In this document: one piece after another, positions 1-14,611 of the stretch
Layout of the letters: each line of letters begins with the position of its first letter
Position numbering within the stretch: position 1 is the first letter of the stretch
DNA from: Basidiobolus meristosporus CBS 931.73
Lineage: Eukaryota > Fungi > Basidiobolomycota
Direction: 5' to 3'
DNA length: 64,000 bases
NCBI GenBank assembly: GCA_002104905.1
Contig: MCFE01000206.1
Coordinates: 1-64,000 of the forward strand
Notes under the pieces: model-generated
Seen by the model: the letters and a program-made list of their open reading frames with translations, nothing else
The model's database searches: none
Told to the model about the DNA's origin: nothing
Program-made: the position numbers and the translations under genes

Positions 1-1471
1 AAATACAAAGACTAGATGAACCAGATATGTATTTATTCAAATGGCGTTCTGAAGCCATTCCCTCCAAGAGTACATTGGAAGCATTGGGGGTCACATGTGG
101 ACATTGTGGCAATATTTACTCAGAATAGTATTACCAATGCCAGCTTGACTCATATACAGCTGTTGTGCAAGGAGTATGTCACAGGATTTGAGTGGCTGTA
201 CTGCAAACATAAAGCTGAACACAAAGATCTCTGCTGCCACTGTATTCATTCTCTATTCCATCTTGCATGGTGTGTGGAGAATAATGGGCCTGGCTTAACC
301 TTTTTGTAGTTTCCTATGGAGCAGATGTTTGGGGAGGAAGGAAGACAAGTCAAGTTGCAGGTACTACTATATACAAATCTCATCACAAAAATCACCTACA
401 ATTTTCTCATGGATGTGATGAGTTGGCCCACAGAGGACAGCCAGGAAGAGTTGGAAAATACCAAGTACAGCAGTCCACATGGAGACACAAATGCCTATGG
501 CAATAAGAAGCTTAGCAGCCCCTATGCATGGGTAATCAGTTAAGTAATGCAAAATTGGGTTTAGTGCAACAAGCAGCTAATTTTTATCAGGAAAACTCTA
601 CCAAGGTTTGCCAAATTGATCATAGTCACAAGCCATCTTTTACACCATTCAATACAGAATTCTTGCAAACTAGTGCCAGCACACCAATAAGGGGGACTAG
701 AATCCAGCAGGGAGAAGTAATAATTGGCTAAATACCAAGAAGTTCTTTGCAGATATTCAGGAGGTATTCATGGCAGAAGTGGCAACAACTAAACGTATGT
801 TTGCAAGATATATATGTTACCAGCAGTACAATGTATGTTGCAACTTTGCAAGTATCACACTAAAAAGCCGTAAAGCTGAGGTGAAAGAAGTATGTCAATT
901 GCAGCAGGTGTGTGCATTTCTAAAGGTTTGTATGCAGGAGGCCATAGTTTTATTTGATTTAAACAATATGTGAAATACCAAAGGAAGTAGTGGATAAGTA
1001 AATAAAGAGAGGTGCTTCTATAGTGCAACTTATGAACTGCACAAGGGGAAGTAGCAAAAGGATTACCATAAGGTAAATTGATATGGTAGTATTACACAGA
1101 ACTAGCTCAAGGCTGCCATACTGCTGTTATAATGCCATCAGAATCTTGCTGTGAGGCCATCAAGATACATCAAGATTTTTGCCATATAAGGCAATTGGTT
1201 ATCCTGGCCAGTTGGATCCTTTTAAAATAGTTGTAGAGCACAATATGACTGCAACAATGCCATGCAGTATTTATCACAGCACCAATAAAATCCCATCTAG
1301 TTTATTGCTTTTTTGGCAGTAAAATTAGAAAAACACCATTATGATCCTGTTGTAAGATTGTTGAGAGGGTCACTAATTCAAAGCTGCTGGTATTATAATG
1401 GTCTCTGAACCAGATTGTGACCACTGATCTGGATTGGATGCACCCACAGGATGAATTTATTTTTCATAGGT
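1..1471 (+). mobile_element. CACTA/En-Spm (CMC) element, degenerate 3' half of the transposase and terminal repeat
   Basis: Broken frames give IHSLFHL...GP...(W)FPMEQMFG, the C-terminal motif of tnp2-type transposases. It ends in a degenerate TIR TTTTTCATAGG(T) at about 1460-1471, with GATC-rich subterminal sequence matching other copies in the window. Confidence 0.8.
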
Positions 1472-3916
1472 AATACCTGCAAAATTACTATATACCTTGT
1501 ATTGCTGGTAACATATACATCTTGCAAACATATGCTTGGTTGTTGCCACTTCTGCCATGAATACCTCCTGAATATCTGCAAAGAACTTCTTGGTATTTAG
1601 CCAATAATTACTTCTCCTTGCTGGATTCTAAGTCCCCTGGATCTCACAGAGCTGACAGCAATGCTGTACATTGTGCCCAGAAAAGCTGGCTATCTTGCTC
1701 ATGGCTGGTGTATCTCCAATACAGATAATTAAATGTGTTTTTCCATGACAGCCATTTCCTGTTATACCGCTAGGAAGCATACCAAACTCATCCAGCAATT
1801 AATACAGGTAGGTATCCAGGTTGGACAGGGATTTAGACCCAGATACCAGTGAGACTGCCATCAGATTTTGGCTCCAATATAGCAAGATAGGCAGCAGATT
1901 CAGGTTGATGAGAATTAATGGCCAGCAGGATTTGCTGGTAGAGTACTTGTTTAATAAGAATCCATCAAGTGCCAAGGCAAGGGCATGGTCATTCATACCT
2001 TCAGAGTAGCCCTTGCTTCTTAGCTGTTTGTAATCTTTGCCTCAAATATATCTGATATGTTGGCACTTGATTGACACTGAGTGCAGTACATTATGGCTTC
2101 ATAATATTTGTTGAACTGCATAAGCTTCTTTAGGCAGGGTATCACCAGATTATATCCCAACTGTGAGCAATGTTGTCCTCCAATGGTAGTGGATTCCTGA
2201 CAAGTTGGACACCTTGCAATGGTGACATTTTATGATGTGAATGGCATACAACTGTTGACAAATGCTGGTATTAGGATTGTCACTGGGTTATATATTGCCA
2301 GCCACCTAATGGTTTTCCATTGGACCATGTACATGGTAAGTTGCATCCAGGGATGATTTTGGCAAGTGGTAGTAAAGTCTCAAAGCCCTCATTACTGATA
2401 TTAGTGGAGATGAACCACTTCTCTAGCTGCAACATCACATCATTTACCAGTAGATGGATTACTTGGCTCACATAATTTCATGAAGTGTTCATGGCATCTT
2501 TTTCTATGGGTGTTGTCTCATTGCATAGTGGGACTTTGCCAGGCTCATACAGGGTACTCTTGTTAGGAAAGATAGGCTCACACTCCATCAGTGAGCATGC
2601 TTCTTCAGAGCTGGCACTCTGCATGCTGTATTTAGAAGACTGGGTGAGCCCAAAGATGTCACAACCTCTCCTGACTCAGCTTGCGCAAGGTAACAAGTAA
2701 GGCCAGATATAGCTATAGAAGTATTAGGTGGCTGGCAAGATATTGTTGGTATAGTAGTGACTGGTGAATTGTCAAATATAACTTGTGTGGCAGAACATTG
2801 GCTGTGATCCTTGTAATACTTCCTATGCTGTCTGCCTGCTTCATGACTGAGAGGCTTGCTACAATAGCTATATGGCCTCTTTTTTCATCTCCTACAGTGT
2901 TGAATCAAAGTAGTCTTGTTCATGGGGTAAGCAGTTTGAAACTTGACAATGTAACGCTATTCTATTAATTTTTTGTCAATACTCATGTGGGTTTAAGACA
3001 GTCTTGTATATGAGACATTGCACCTACATGAATGTAATTTCAATGCTGACCTGCCATAGTAGGCATTACAAATAAGGTTGTAATACTGCAAACACATGTA
3101 TATTTAGCACCATTACCCCATTGGTTTGACTTGCATATATATACTGCCAAAAAATAAAGCAAAGTAGTTAGGTTGCCACTAAGCCCCACCACTGACAGCA
3201 GCAGAAGTACAGCTGAACAACAGCTTGCTTTTACACCAAGTGCAACAAGCTTGGCTACAACAAAAAAAGCCCTGTGGACAGTGTGCCCACTGAAGTGAAT
3301 AATTCAGACTCCTCAGGATCTCAGTCAGCTTGACAACTGGGAATCACTGCAGAGCCACAAGCTGACCATATTGCAGAGGCAGATGAGAATGTAGCAAACT
3401 CAGTACCTTCATTTGAAGGCCAGTAAGTGGCCATCATAACATCACCACCACCTGTATTAGCATATATGTTGTCAGCTCATACAACAGCATTAATGAGGCA
3501 ATTAGGTGCAGTGGCTGATAGGATAGATGCAATGACCAAGAGAAATCAGGAAATAGACCAGAAACAGGATGAGTGGATAAAAGTTGGAGAGCAATCAATA
3601 TCCCAAGTAGAGAAAGCAGTATCATTGGTGGAAAGAAGAAACTCAAATAGCTCAATGTTGCAGCCAAGAATTGAGCCATTTCTCAATGTAAAAGCAGAGA
3701 AACACTGTACAGTCTTTGAAGCACAACAACCATGCCCAAAGATAAAGCCCACACAATGGGAGGGAGAAAATGTAGTGTTTATACCAAAGCCTAAAATTGA
3801 CAGACACTGAAGAGCAGTGAAGCTGTTGAGTGCAATAATGCATAGTGGGCTAATATTTAAGAGGCTGTTGGAAGTCCAGCCTGCCAACATGGGACCATCA
3901 GGAACTCAAGGCTAAG

Positions 3917-6900
3917 CCCTATGAAAATAATTTGGTCCCATGGGTGGATCCAATCTGGATCATCCGTCAAGATCCCATTCAGAGACTGTCATAATAACAG
4001 CAGCTTAGAATTAGTGACCCTCTTGATGATCTTATAACAAGATCATGATGGTGTTTTGCAAATTTTACAGCCAAATAAAGGGATAAAACTTGACAAATTT
4101 TGATTGGTGCTGTGACAATATTTGCATGGTATTGTTGCAGTCTTTCAGCAATCTATTACTATTTTGAGTGGATCCAGCTGGCCAGGACTTCCAATTGCCG
4201 TATATGGCAAGAAACTTGACGGTATTTTGATGGCCTCAGAGCAAGACTCTGATGGCTTTTTCTTAGCAGTATGATTGCCTGCTGCTGGTTCTATATAATG
4301 CTACCGTACCAATTTACTAAATGGTAATTCCTTTTTCTACTTCCCCTTGTGCAATTCATATATTTCACTGTAAAATCACCTTTCTTCATTTGCTTACCCA
4401 CTACTACCTTGGGTATTCCACATACAGTTTGAATCAGAAAAACTATGGCCTCCTGCTTAATAACCTCTGCAAACACGCACACCAGCCGCAATTGACATAC
4501 TTCTCTCACCTCAGCTTTATGGCTTTTTAGTTTGATACTTGCAAAGTTGCCATATATCTTGTACTGCTGGTAGCATATACATCTTGCAAACATATGCTTG
4601 GTTGTTGCCACTTCTGCCATGAATACCTCCTGAATATTGACAAAGAACTTCTTGGTATTTAGCCAATATATTCCTTCTCCCTGCTGGATTCTTGTCCCCC
4701 TTATAGGTACGCTCTGGCTTTTGTTTGTGTGAGCTCCATATTGACTGGTGTAGAAGTTGGCTTGTGACCACAAGAAATCTGGCATATCTTGGAGGAGTTT
4801 TCCTGATAAAAATTAGTTGCTTGTTGCACCCAACCCAACTTTGCATTACTTAACTGATTACCCACACATTGGGGCTGCTTAGCTTCTTAATGCCAAAGAC
4901 ATAGGAGTCTCCATGTGCACATTTGTCCTCAGTATTTTCCAACTCTTTTTTGGCTATCCTCCATGTGCCAACTCATCATATCCATGACAGACTTGAAGGT
5001 AATATTCTTGATGAGATTTGGATATGGTAGTACCTGCAACTTGACTTGTATTCCTATCTCCCCACACATCTGCTCCATAGGAAACTCCCAAAAGGTGAAG
5101 CAAGGCCCAATATTCTCCACACACTGTGCAAGATGGAATAGAGAATGGATACAGTAGCAGCAGAGATCTACACGTTCAGCTTTATGTTTGTAGTATAGCT
5201 GCTCAAATCCCATCACAAACTCCTCACACAACAGCTGTAGATGCATCAAGTGTTGCAATTTAAGAAGCAATTTGGATATAAGGAACTTATCAAGAAATAG
5301 TGATAATAGTTGAACTGTTGTTTGTTGATAAAGAAGCTCAGTATTTATACCTTTGTAGAAGTAATACAGCTGCAACACTAAGTAGGGAGGGTTTCACAAT
5401 ATTTAGGAGCATTCTGTAACAGTTTCAGGGTTAGTACATAATGTTTGGTAATAGTGCTAATTAGATCCTGACTATAGGGGAATAATCATAAGATCATATA
5501 TCTGGAGAAAGTGGCAAAGTTAAGGCAGTAAATGAGTCCTACAGTGACTAGGACTAGCCTAGAATTGTTAAGTAAATTTTTAGCTGCTGAATTATACCAA
5601 ATAGCCCAATATTTCAACATCAAGTTGGCATTGGTGATCCGCTTCTAGATAAAAATTCCTACAATGTCTACATATGACTCCCAATGCTCCCAATGTACTC
5701 TTGGTAGGAATGGCTTCAGAACACCACTTGAATAAATACATATCCAGCTCATCCAGTCTTTGCATTTGTATTGTTGCATATGCGTATGAGTATTGATTGG
5801 AGCCTGTGTGAAGTACTTAGGGTAGCAGATACTCTGTAATATCTTGCCAAATTTTTTCAAATTTCTCCGGTATCTCAAAGGGCTAATTTAGCTGGGAATG
5901 CCCCATGTACAACTTGGTCATCAGTATAGGGATATTGTTGAAAAGCAAATGCATTGCTCCCAGTGGAAAGCTTTTGCTCCAACAGATTCCCTCTATCTTA
6001 AGTATTTCCGGTTTCCAATTGATTCCATATTCCTGCCAATGGCTTATAGGTTGCCAACTTTGCTGCAATTGCATGCTTACTTCTGTATGTTCTCTCTGTG
6101 GAAAGATGATGTTCTTAGTGTTGGTGTTTGGGTAATAATAATGTGTGTGTGTTATGGGGTAAATCCCCTGGATCTCACACATTTGACAGCAATACCATCC
6201 ATTGTGCCCGGAAAAACCTGCTATCTTGCCAATGGCTGGGGTATCTCCAATGCAGATAATAATATGCACTTTTACATGACTGCCATCTACCATTATCCCA
6301 CTGGAAAGCATACAAAATTCATTCAGCAATGGATAGAGATAGCTATCCAGGTTGGACAATGATTTAGGCCCAGATACCAGTGTGACTACCATCAGATTAT
6401 TGCTCCGATACTGTAAGATGGGCAGCAGATTCAGATCAATGAGAATCAGTGGCCAGCAGGATTTGCTGGTAGAGTAATTGTTTAATGAGTATCAATCAAG
6501 TGCCAAAGCAAAGGCATGGTCATACATACATAAAAACCTGCTATCTTGCTAATGGCTGGGGTATCTCCAATGCAGATAATAATATGCGCTCTTACAAGAC
6601 AGCCATTTAATGTTATCCTGCTGGTAAGCATAAAAATTTATCCAGTAATGGTTAAAGCTAGCTTTCTAGGCTTGACTGTGATATAGGCCCAGATACTAGT
6701 GAGTCTACCCTCAGATTATTGCTCTGATACTGTAAGATAGGTGGCAGACTCAGGTTGATGAAAATGAGTAGCCAGCAGGATTGGCTGGTAGAGTACTTGT
6801 TGATTGAGAATCCATCAAGTGCCAAGGCAAGGGCATGGTCATACATACCTTCAAAGTAGCCCTTGCATCTTAGCTGTTTGTAATGTCTGCCATCAAATAT

Positions 6901-9579
6901 ATCGGATATGTTTGTGCTTAATTGATACTGAGTGCGGTACTGTATAGCTTTGCAATATTTGTCGGACTGCATCAGCTTCTTCAGATCGGATATGACTGGA
7001 ATATATCCGGAGTGTGAACAATGTTTTCCCTCAATGGTGGTAGATTTCTGACAATTTGGACACGTTGCAATGGTAGCATTTTTGGATGTGAATCCCATGC
7101 AACTGTTAACACATGCTGGAATCAGGACAGTTGCTGGATCATATGTTGCCAGCTGCATGACAGTTGTCCACTTGAGCCATGTAGATGGTAAGTTCCATCC
7201 TGGTGTGATCTTAGCAAGAAGTTGTAATAAATCCTTAAAGCCCCCATTACTGATATTAGTAGAAATGAGCCACTTCTCTAGCCACAACATCACATCATTC
7301 ACCAGTAGATGGATTACTGGGCTCACTTGGCTCCATTAAGTATCCTTGACATTTGTCTCAACAGGTGTTGTCTCATTGCATAAAGGGATTTGACTGGGCT
7401 CATATGTGGTACTGTTGTTAGGGGAGATAGGCTCAAAATCCATCAGTGAACCTTCTTTGTCAGGGCTATCACTCTGCATGCCATATTCAGAAGGCTGAGG
7501 TGAGCCTAAAGGCATCACAAACTCACCTGGCTCAGTTTGCACAAGGTGACAAAGATGGCCAGGCACCAATATAGAAGTATCAATTGGCCGGCGAGATAAT
7601 GTTGGTACAGTAGTGACCAATGAATGGTCAAATATGACTTGGGTGGCAAAACACCGGCTGTGATCCTTGTAATACTTCCTATGCTGTCTGCGTGCTTCAT
7701 GGCTGAGAGGCTTGCCACAATAGCCACATGGTCCTTTTTCTCTTCTCTTATGGCGTTGAGTCAAAGTAGTCTTGTCCATGGGGCAAACAGTTTGACCTTC
7801 AACAACGTAACGCTATTATATCACTTTTTGGTCAATACTCATGTGAACTTAAGACAGTCTTGTATTTGAGACATTGCACCTACATGAATGTAATATTCAA
7901 TGATGACCTGCCATAGTAAGCATTATGAATAAAGTTGTGGCACCACATACACACATATATGTAACACTATTTCACCTTTGGTTTGACTCACTTCCATATA
8001 TTTGCTGCCAAAAAATAAAGCAAAGTCATCTGGTTCTCAACCAAGCTCCACCAATGACAGCCACAGAAAAATGGTTGGACAACAGCTAGCTTTGCCATTC
8101 AGTGCAACAAGCAGGGCTACATCCAAAATAGGCACTGTGGACAGTGTGCCCCTTGAAGGTAACAATACAGACTCCTCAGGCTCTCTGTCAAGTAGGCAAT
8201 TGAGAACCTCTGCGGAGCCACAAGCTGACTGTTATGCTCAGGCAGATCAGAATGTAGCAAATGCAGTACCCTCAGTTGAAGATTAGCAGATGGCCATGAT
8301 AACATCACCTCCACCCATATTAGCACATATGTTGTCAGCTCATACCAAAGTATTAATGAAGCAATTAGGTGCAGTGGCTGATGGGATAGATGCAATAGCC
8401 CAGAGAAATCATTACATAGTCCAGAAACAGGATGAGGGAATAATATGTATTATGGGCCAGCATTGGTATGCTAAGAAAGCAAGGGATAAGCAGGCCAAAA
8501 CAGATGCACTGGAGCAGAATTTTTCCAGGAGAAAACATAGTTCTTCACAAGAAGCAACCAGACAAAGTACCAGTGGAAGAACTGGCAGTGATAAAGGAGA
8601 ATGTAAAGGGAAAAATGTCTCCCCAAGCCTGAGACAGGGAGGCATGCAAAAGAAACTGCAGTTCTTGCCAATTAACTCTGCATGCCCAGAACAGACGGCA
8701 AGCCAGGCACAAATGGAATCCCATCATAGCCAAAAAGAATTACCAACAAGAAAACAGCTGTTGTCACAAGAGTTGGAAGTGCAGCCAGTTGAGCTACACT
8801 CCAGCAAGGTTGATGAGTTTGCTGAAAAAGGCAATTTGTCTACCACAGCCTCCATTGTTGACAGAGTTGACCTTCAGTGGAGTTTTGGAACATTAATAGG
8901 CATACCAAGAGGTTGCTGCACTTCTTCAAGAGCAGTGCTCAAGAAAATGCACTGGAATATTGCAAGGATTTATTGCAAAGACTAGCAGATGAGGAGCTAG
9001 ACCTTGCAGTGCCAGCTGAAGACCATGACGTGTGGGAACCAGTGAATGAACAGTGGCATAAAGCCAATGGGTTCCCACCAAAGTTGTGGAACCAGAGCGT
9101 TACAGCAGAAATACTTATTGAGTGGTGGATTTTAATGGAGTTACTTGTTGAGTGTGGGGTTTGGCTTAATGTTAGTGTAGGGTATAGAGACTTGTATAGG
9201 TCAATACAACTGGCAATTGAAGTGCAACTGAAGTCTCAACGGAAATAAATCAATTTGTACGCATGAAAAGTAAGAGAAACAGTTGAGTCAGGAAGTAAGG
9301 AGTGTGAAAAAGAGACAATAGCCAATCAATTCACACAAATGTAGGAGGCAATAGAGTGTCTGGGATCCAAAAGTGAGCAAATTGGCAGGGAACTAATCAA
9401 AAGCCACTTATACATTGTTGTGATGAAAAATTTTGACAAAGTTTTTTGTGAAACCTGGGGTGCAATTATTTTTCAACGGTCTCTGTACGGAGTCCTGAGA
9501 AGATCAGTACCTCTCAGTCATGGGACATTAACTTTATGACAGCCATTTGATGGGATCATCTCAATAATTTTTCATAGGG
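3917..9579. mobile_element. Delimited CACTA-superfamily element with CCCTA termini (5663 bp, degenerate)
   Basis: Left end CCCTATGAAAATAATT at 3917, right end AATAATTTTTCATAGGG at 9579, 3-bp TSD AAG on both sides. The minus-strand transposase remnants (about 4900-7850) contain DIFDG, SGPKSLSNLDSYLYPLL, GHNGWYCCQMC, FPLGAMHL and FWEFPMEQMCG. A divergent ORF2 remnant lies on plus at about 8000-9248. Confidence 0.9.
5251..5619. mobile_element. Solo LTR (369 bp) inserted in the CACTA transposase
   Basis: Starts TGTTG and ends CAACA, flanked by the exact 5-bp TSD TCAAG (5246-5250, 5620-5624). The transposase sequence is continuous once it is removed (compare the paralog near 18.3 kb). Confidence 0.85.
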
Positions 9580-10203
9580 AAGCAGAATGTACTTGACTTG
9601 CTCCAAAAGCATTATCCTGGATTCAAATGAGCCAACAGATTTTGGGCCAGCATTGGCATGCCAAGACAGTATCTCCAGAATAGCAGAAACTATCAGAGGC
9701 AGATGAACAACAGTGCAATGGCTAAAACCAGTGGCTTCCTAAAGAGCCCTTTACAAGTAGGGACAAAAGCTTGAAAGAAGTGTCAATGAGGCATTAGGTA
9801 GCTAGAAGAGTGCCAATAAGGGAAATGCAGGCAGATGTAGATCCACCAGCACATTGTTTACCAATGAAAATGCATAGTTCTGCTCTAGAAGCACTTGATC
9901 AGAGTGGCAGTGAAGAACATGGCAGTGATAATAACAAGTTGTCACCTCAGGAGCCTGTTGCAGCATGGGCTGAGAGCTCAAAGCAAGCAGGACAGAAGCG
10001 TCAGGTTCCCTGCAGAGTGCCAGCAAGGGACAAGCAGGCCACACAGATGCATCAGAGCAGCATTTATTAAGGAGAAAATGTAGTTCACTACAAGAAGCAC
10101 TCAGACAAAGTAACATTGATAGACCTGGCAGTGATAGGGGAAAAGTCAAAGGGAAAAGTTTAACTAGACCAGAGACAGGCAAGTGTTTTATCCAAGAGAG
10201 AAG

Positions 10204-10860
10204 TGTAATAAAATTCTTGAATGAGTTAACTGAACCTAAGTCACAGCTAAGTGCAGAATCTTAGAATTTTCATGGGTGACAGAGATATTAGCAGAGAAGT
10301 TCTGGTCTAATATTGGTTTTGTATATAGTTGAGTTGGGCTATAAAGGCAACAGAGTTGGTTTGCTAAACAGGCTAAGCTTGGTGTTCTTGGGAATGCCAG
10401 ATATGCTAGGCTTGGGTGGAAACTGGAACAGAATTGTTGAATTCTTAATTTTGTTGAGACATACACTAAACCAAAAGGTTCAGTAAACTTTATGTATACT
10501 TTTTTGATCAAGTTGAATTAGTACTCACCATGAGACTGGAGTAATTGAAATCTGTTGGGGTGTTCATAGGTGCATAAGATAAATGAGATATTGCACAATC
10601 AATCAACTGATGTCTTGGTAACTACTAAGTGGTTGGATACATATCAGATGACTAATCACTTGGAAAGGCTTAGCAGATCAGATGAGGATGTAACAACCAC
10701 ATGAGAATTGATCAGGTGTGACAGCTAAAAGTAGATTCAAGGAAGTGATAAAATAAACCATTATTGGAATTAGCTATATTTGGGTTAGGGAAAATCAGTT
10801 AGGGTACTATAATTTCTAATGGAGTGAAATTGGCCAAGTTTTAAATGTTGATGCATAACA
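10204..10860. mobile_element. Putative solo LTR (657 bp) inserted in CACTA ORF2
   Basis: Starts TGTAAT and ends TAACA, is unrelated to the flanks, and ORF2 homology resumes after it. The flanks AGAAG/GAAAG are only an imperfect TSD. Confidence 0.5.
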
Positions 10861-10985
10861 GAAAGCATAAGAAAAACACTGCAGTTTTTCCAATCAAAAC
10901 TGTAAGCCTAGAACAGACTGAATCCATTCATAGCCAAGAAGATTACCAACAAGAAACCGCCTGTTTTTACAAGAGTTGGAATTGA

Positions 10986-12283
10986 TCTAGCATTTAGGCT
11001 ATTTCTGGCCCTGTTTGATATACAGACACTGATACTGGATTAATTACTTCTGGGATATTCCAGGGCACTGATTCATGCTGAATCATGGTTGTAGAGTCCT
11101 CTGGTGCTCAAAAAGTCTCACTATTTTGCTCTGATTCAATCTTGACTATTGGTGGACTTATGATCAGATATTTATCATCAACTGATTTCATTGTTTTGAA
11201 AATTTTGAATTCTCATCAAACAACTCATCCCTAGACTTGATTAGCTTCTTTGCTTTGGTATTGTAGAGTCTGTATGCTTTACTCTCATTGCAGTAGCCCA
11301 AGAATGTGCATTTTACACTTCTTGGGTCAAGTTTTTACTGATTTCCATGTAGTTTCTTGGCACATGCTGCACACCCATGTATTCTTAGATGTTTGGCATT
11401 TGGTCTGCATCTATAACATGCTTCAAATGAAGTTGAATCACAATGTATTCTGCTAAAACTTCTTTTTTAAGGTATACAGCTGTGGCATCTGATTCTGCCC
11501 AAAAGTCATAGGATAGCTTTTGATAATGGATCATAGATCTTGCCATATCAATGATTGATCTGTTTGCACATTCTGGTACTCCATTTTGCTGTGGGGAGTA
11601 TGGTACAGTGGTCTCTTGCTTTATCCCGTGAATTTTGCAAAAGTGAATGAAGAGTTTTGAGGTAGTCTTCTCCATTATCAGAGCATATTATCTTGATTTT
11701 TCTGCCAGATTCTCTTTCCACCATGGCTTTAAGCTCCCCAACCTTGGACAGAACTTCTTCCTTTCTCTCCATGAGGTAGACCTACATGTATCTTATATAA
11801 TCACCAATGAAAGTGAATAAATACTTCATCCCACCTAAGAATAAATTTTGCATAGGTCAATGCAGATCTGAGTGAATTAGGTCTAATTTTTTCTTAGTTT
11901 GATTAACCCAGAGCTCTTGAATGGTTGTCTGGCTTGTTTCCCATATATGCAGGCTTTACAGTGCTCCAAATTAGCTGGGGGATCAATTTTCACTCCAGAA
12001 ATTAGCTGATCTTTGAGCTTTTGCGCAAATAATCAAAATTAATGTGCCCAAATCTCCTCTGCCTGAGAATTTATGTTTCTTCATTAAAGTTGCTTATATT
12101 AACTTCCAGATTTGATGGAATATAAGTCAACTTGCAAAGATTCTAATCTCTGGTACCCAAAGCAATATGGGCACCATTTGGATCAGTGATCTTACATCCA
12201 GAACTGTCAAAGCTGAGACTGAGTCCTTCTGCTCTGGCCTTACTTACAGATAGTAGGGTCTTGCCTATTGCTAGTACATAGAG
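10986..12283 (-). mobile_element. Ty1/Copia internal fragment (protease end, GAG-pre-integrase, integrase core)
   Basis: Translated pieces KIKIICSDNG and TVPYSPQQNGVPECANRSIIDMARSM are Copia integrase motifs; the DNA is homologous to 25.2-26.5 kb. Confidence 0.85.
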
Positions 12284-14611
12284 CCCTATGGAAAATTATT
12301 GTAATGATCCCATCAAGAGACTGTACAAATTTCAAGTCCTAAAACTAACAGGTACTGATCCTGTCAGGACACCACCCAGAGACCTTTAAAAAATAATTGC
12401 ACCCAAGATTTAACAAGAACTTAGTCATATTTTTTCATCACAGCAATGTATAAGTGGCTTTTGACTGGTTCCCTGCCAATTTGCTCACTTTACAATCCTG
12501 GACACTCTGTCACCTCCTGTGTTTGTGTGCATTTATTGGCTATTGCCTCTTTTTCACATTGCTTACTTCTTGACTCATACATTTCTCTTACAAGTACATA
12601 TTGATTTATTTCTGTTAAAACTTCAGCTGTATGTCCATTGCCAATTGTATTGGCCTATACAAGTCCTTATACCCTACACTAACATTAAGCCTAACCCTCA
12701 CTCAACAAGTGACTCCATTAAAGTCTACCACTCACTAGGTGTTTCTGCTGTAATGCTCCAGTTCCACAGCTTTAGTGGGTACCAATGGCTTTATGCCACT
12801 GTTCATTCACTGGTTCCCACATGTCCTGGTCTTCAGCCAGCACTGCAAGATCTAGCATGGCATCTGCCAGTTTTTGCAATAAATCCTTGCAGTATTCAAG
12901 TGTGTTTTCTTGAGCACCACTCTTGAAGAAGTGCTGCAACCTCTTGGTGTGCCTATTAATGTTCCAAAATTCCACTGAAGGCAGAGTGATAGTCTTTTGA
13001 GCTCTTGACATTGTAGCCTTGTCTGTCACTGGGACCTTTACTTTGTCAGCAGTGAAGGATGTGGAGGCTGTGTTAGACAAATTGCCTTTTTCTGCAAACT
13101 CATCCCCCTTGCTGGAGTGTAGCTCAACAGGCTATGCTTCCAACTCTTGTGAAAACAGCTGTTTTCTTGTAGGTAATTCTTCCTAGCTATGATGGGATTC
13201 AGTCTGTTCTGGGCATGCAGAGTTAATTGGCAAGAACTGCAGTTTCTTTTGCATGCCTTCCTGTCTCAGGCTTGGGCGGACATTTTTCCCTTAACCTTTT
13301 CCTTTATCACTGCCAGGTCTTTCACTGCTACTTTGTCTGCATGCTTCTTGTAGTGAACTTTATTTTCTCCTTGATATATTCTGCCCTGATGCAACTGTTT
13401 TGGCCTGCTTGTCCCTTGCCAGCACTCTTCTGGCAACCTGATGTTTCTTTTCCACATGTTTCAAGCTCTCAGCCATAGTAGTAATGGGCTCCTGTAAAAG
13501 CCACTGGCTATTATCACGCAAGGTCCTTCTCTGCTACTTGACAGAGTTCTTGTTGAGTGGTATTATGATTTTTCCTTGATAAATGTTGTGATGATGCATC
13601 TGTGTCAGCTTGCTTATGGGACCCTTTGTCTTGAGCCTTTGATAGCTTCTACTATTCTTAAGATACTTTCTTAGCATACCAATGCTGGCCCAAAATCCAT
13701 TTGCCTGTTTAAAACCGGGACAATGCTCATGGCCAAGTCAAGTGCATTCTGCTTGGCCTTGAGTTCCTGATGGTCCCATGGTATGCTGGCCTTAAGGCAA
13801 TGGCATGCTAGACTTCTGACAGCCCCTTGATCATTAGCCCACTCTTCATTATTGCACTCAACAGCTTCAGGGATCTTCAATGTATTTTCATTTTCAGGCT
13901 ATGGTATTAACACCACAGTGTCTCCCTCCAATGCTATGATACGTTTTTCTGTGGGCTTTATCTTTGGGCACTGTTATTGTGCTTCAAAGACTGTACAGTG
14001 TTCCTATGCTTTTACATTGGGAAATGGCTCAATTCTTGGCTGTGGCATTCAGCTACTTGAATTTGTTCTTTGCAGCAAAGATACTGCTGTTTCTACCTGG
14101 GATATTGATTGCCTAACATGAGTTATCTGCCCATTCTGTTTCTGGACTATTTCCCAATTTTTCTTGGCCATTGCATCCATCCTATCAACCACTACACCTA
14201 TTTGCTTCATTAATGCTTTGGTATGGGCTGACAACATACTTGTTAATATGGGTGGTGGTGATGTTATCATGGCCACTTGCTGGTCTTCAACTATGGGTAC
14301 TGCATTTGCTATATTCTCATCTGCCTGAGCATAACGGTCAGCCTGTGGCTCTGCAGAGGTTGCCAATTGCCTACTTGACTGAGAGCCTGAGGAGTCCACA
14401 CTATCACCTTCAGTGAGCACACTGTTAACATAGTTTTTTTGGATGTAGCCCTGCTTGTTGTGCCAAGTTTCAACACAAGCTGATGTCCAACTGTTCTTCT
14501 GCTGCCATTAGCAGTGGTGTTTGGTTGGGTACCAGACAGCTTTGCTTTATTTTTTGGCAGCATATTGATGGAAATCAGCCAAACCAAAGGGGAAATAGCT
14601 TGCTATATGGC
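12284..14611 (-). mobile_element. CACTA half-element carrying the most complete copy of ORF2
   Basis: TIR CCCTATGGAAAATTATT at 12284. ORF2 runs from MLPKNKAK (near 14560) through the coiled-coil and repeat region to the EFWNINRHTKRL...WEPVNEQW domain (12772-13080). It is joined to Copia RT sequence at about 14611 with no second TIR. Confidence 0.8.

Larger units (their letters stand above)
1472..10985. mobile_element. Older CACTA copy (transposase N-half on minus, ORF2 on plus), interrupted by the 3917-9579 element and a putative solo LTR
   Basis: 1472-3000 is homologous to the minus-strand transposase (ALALDG...SCWPLILINLNL). ORF2 homology lies at about 3150-3916 and resumes at 9583; joining the halves restores the uninterrupted sequence seen in the paralog near 13.76 kb. 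Confidence 0.75.

Noticed and set aside
6210-6840. About 310-bp internal tandem duplication in the CACTA transposase
   Set aside because: Real but unremarkable decay of a dead element.
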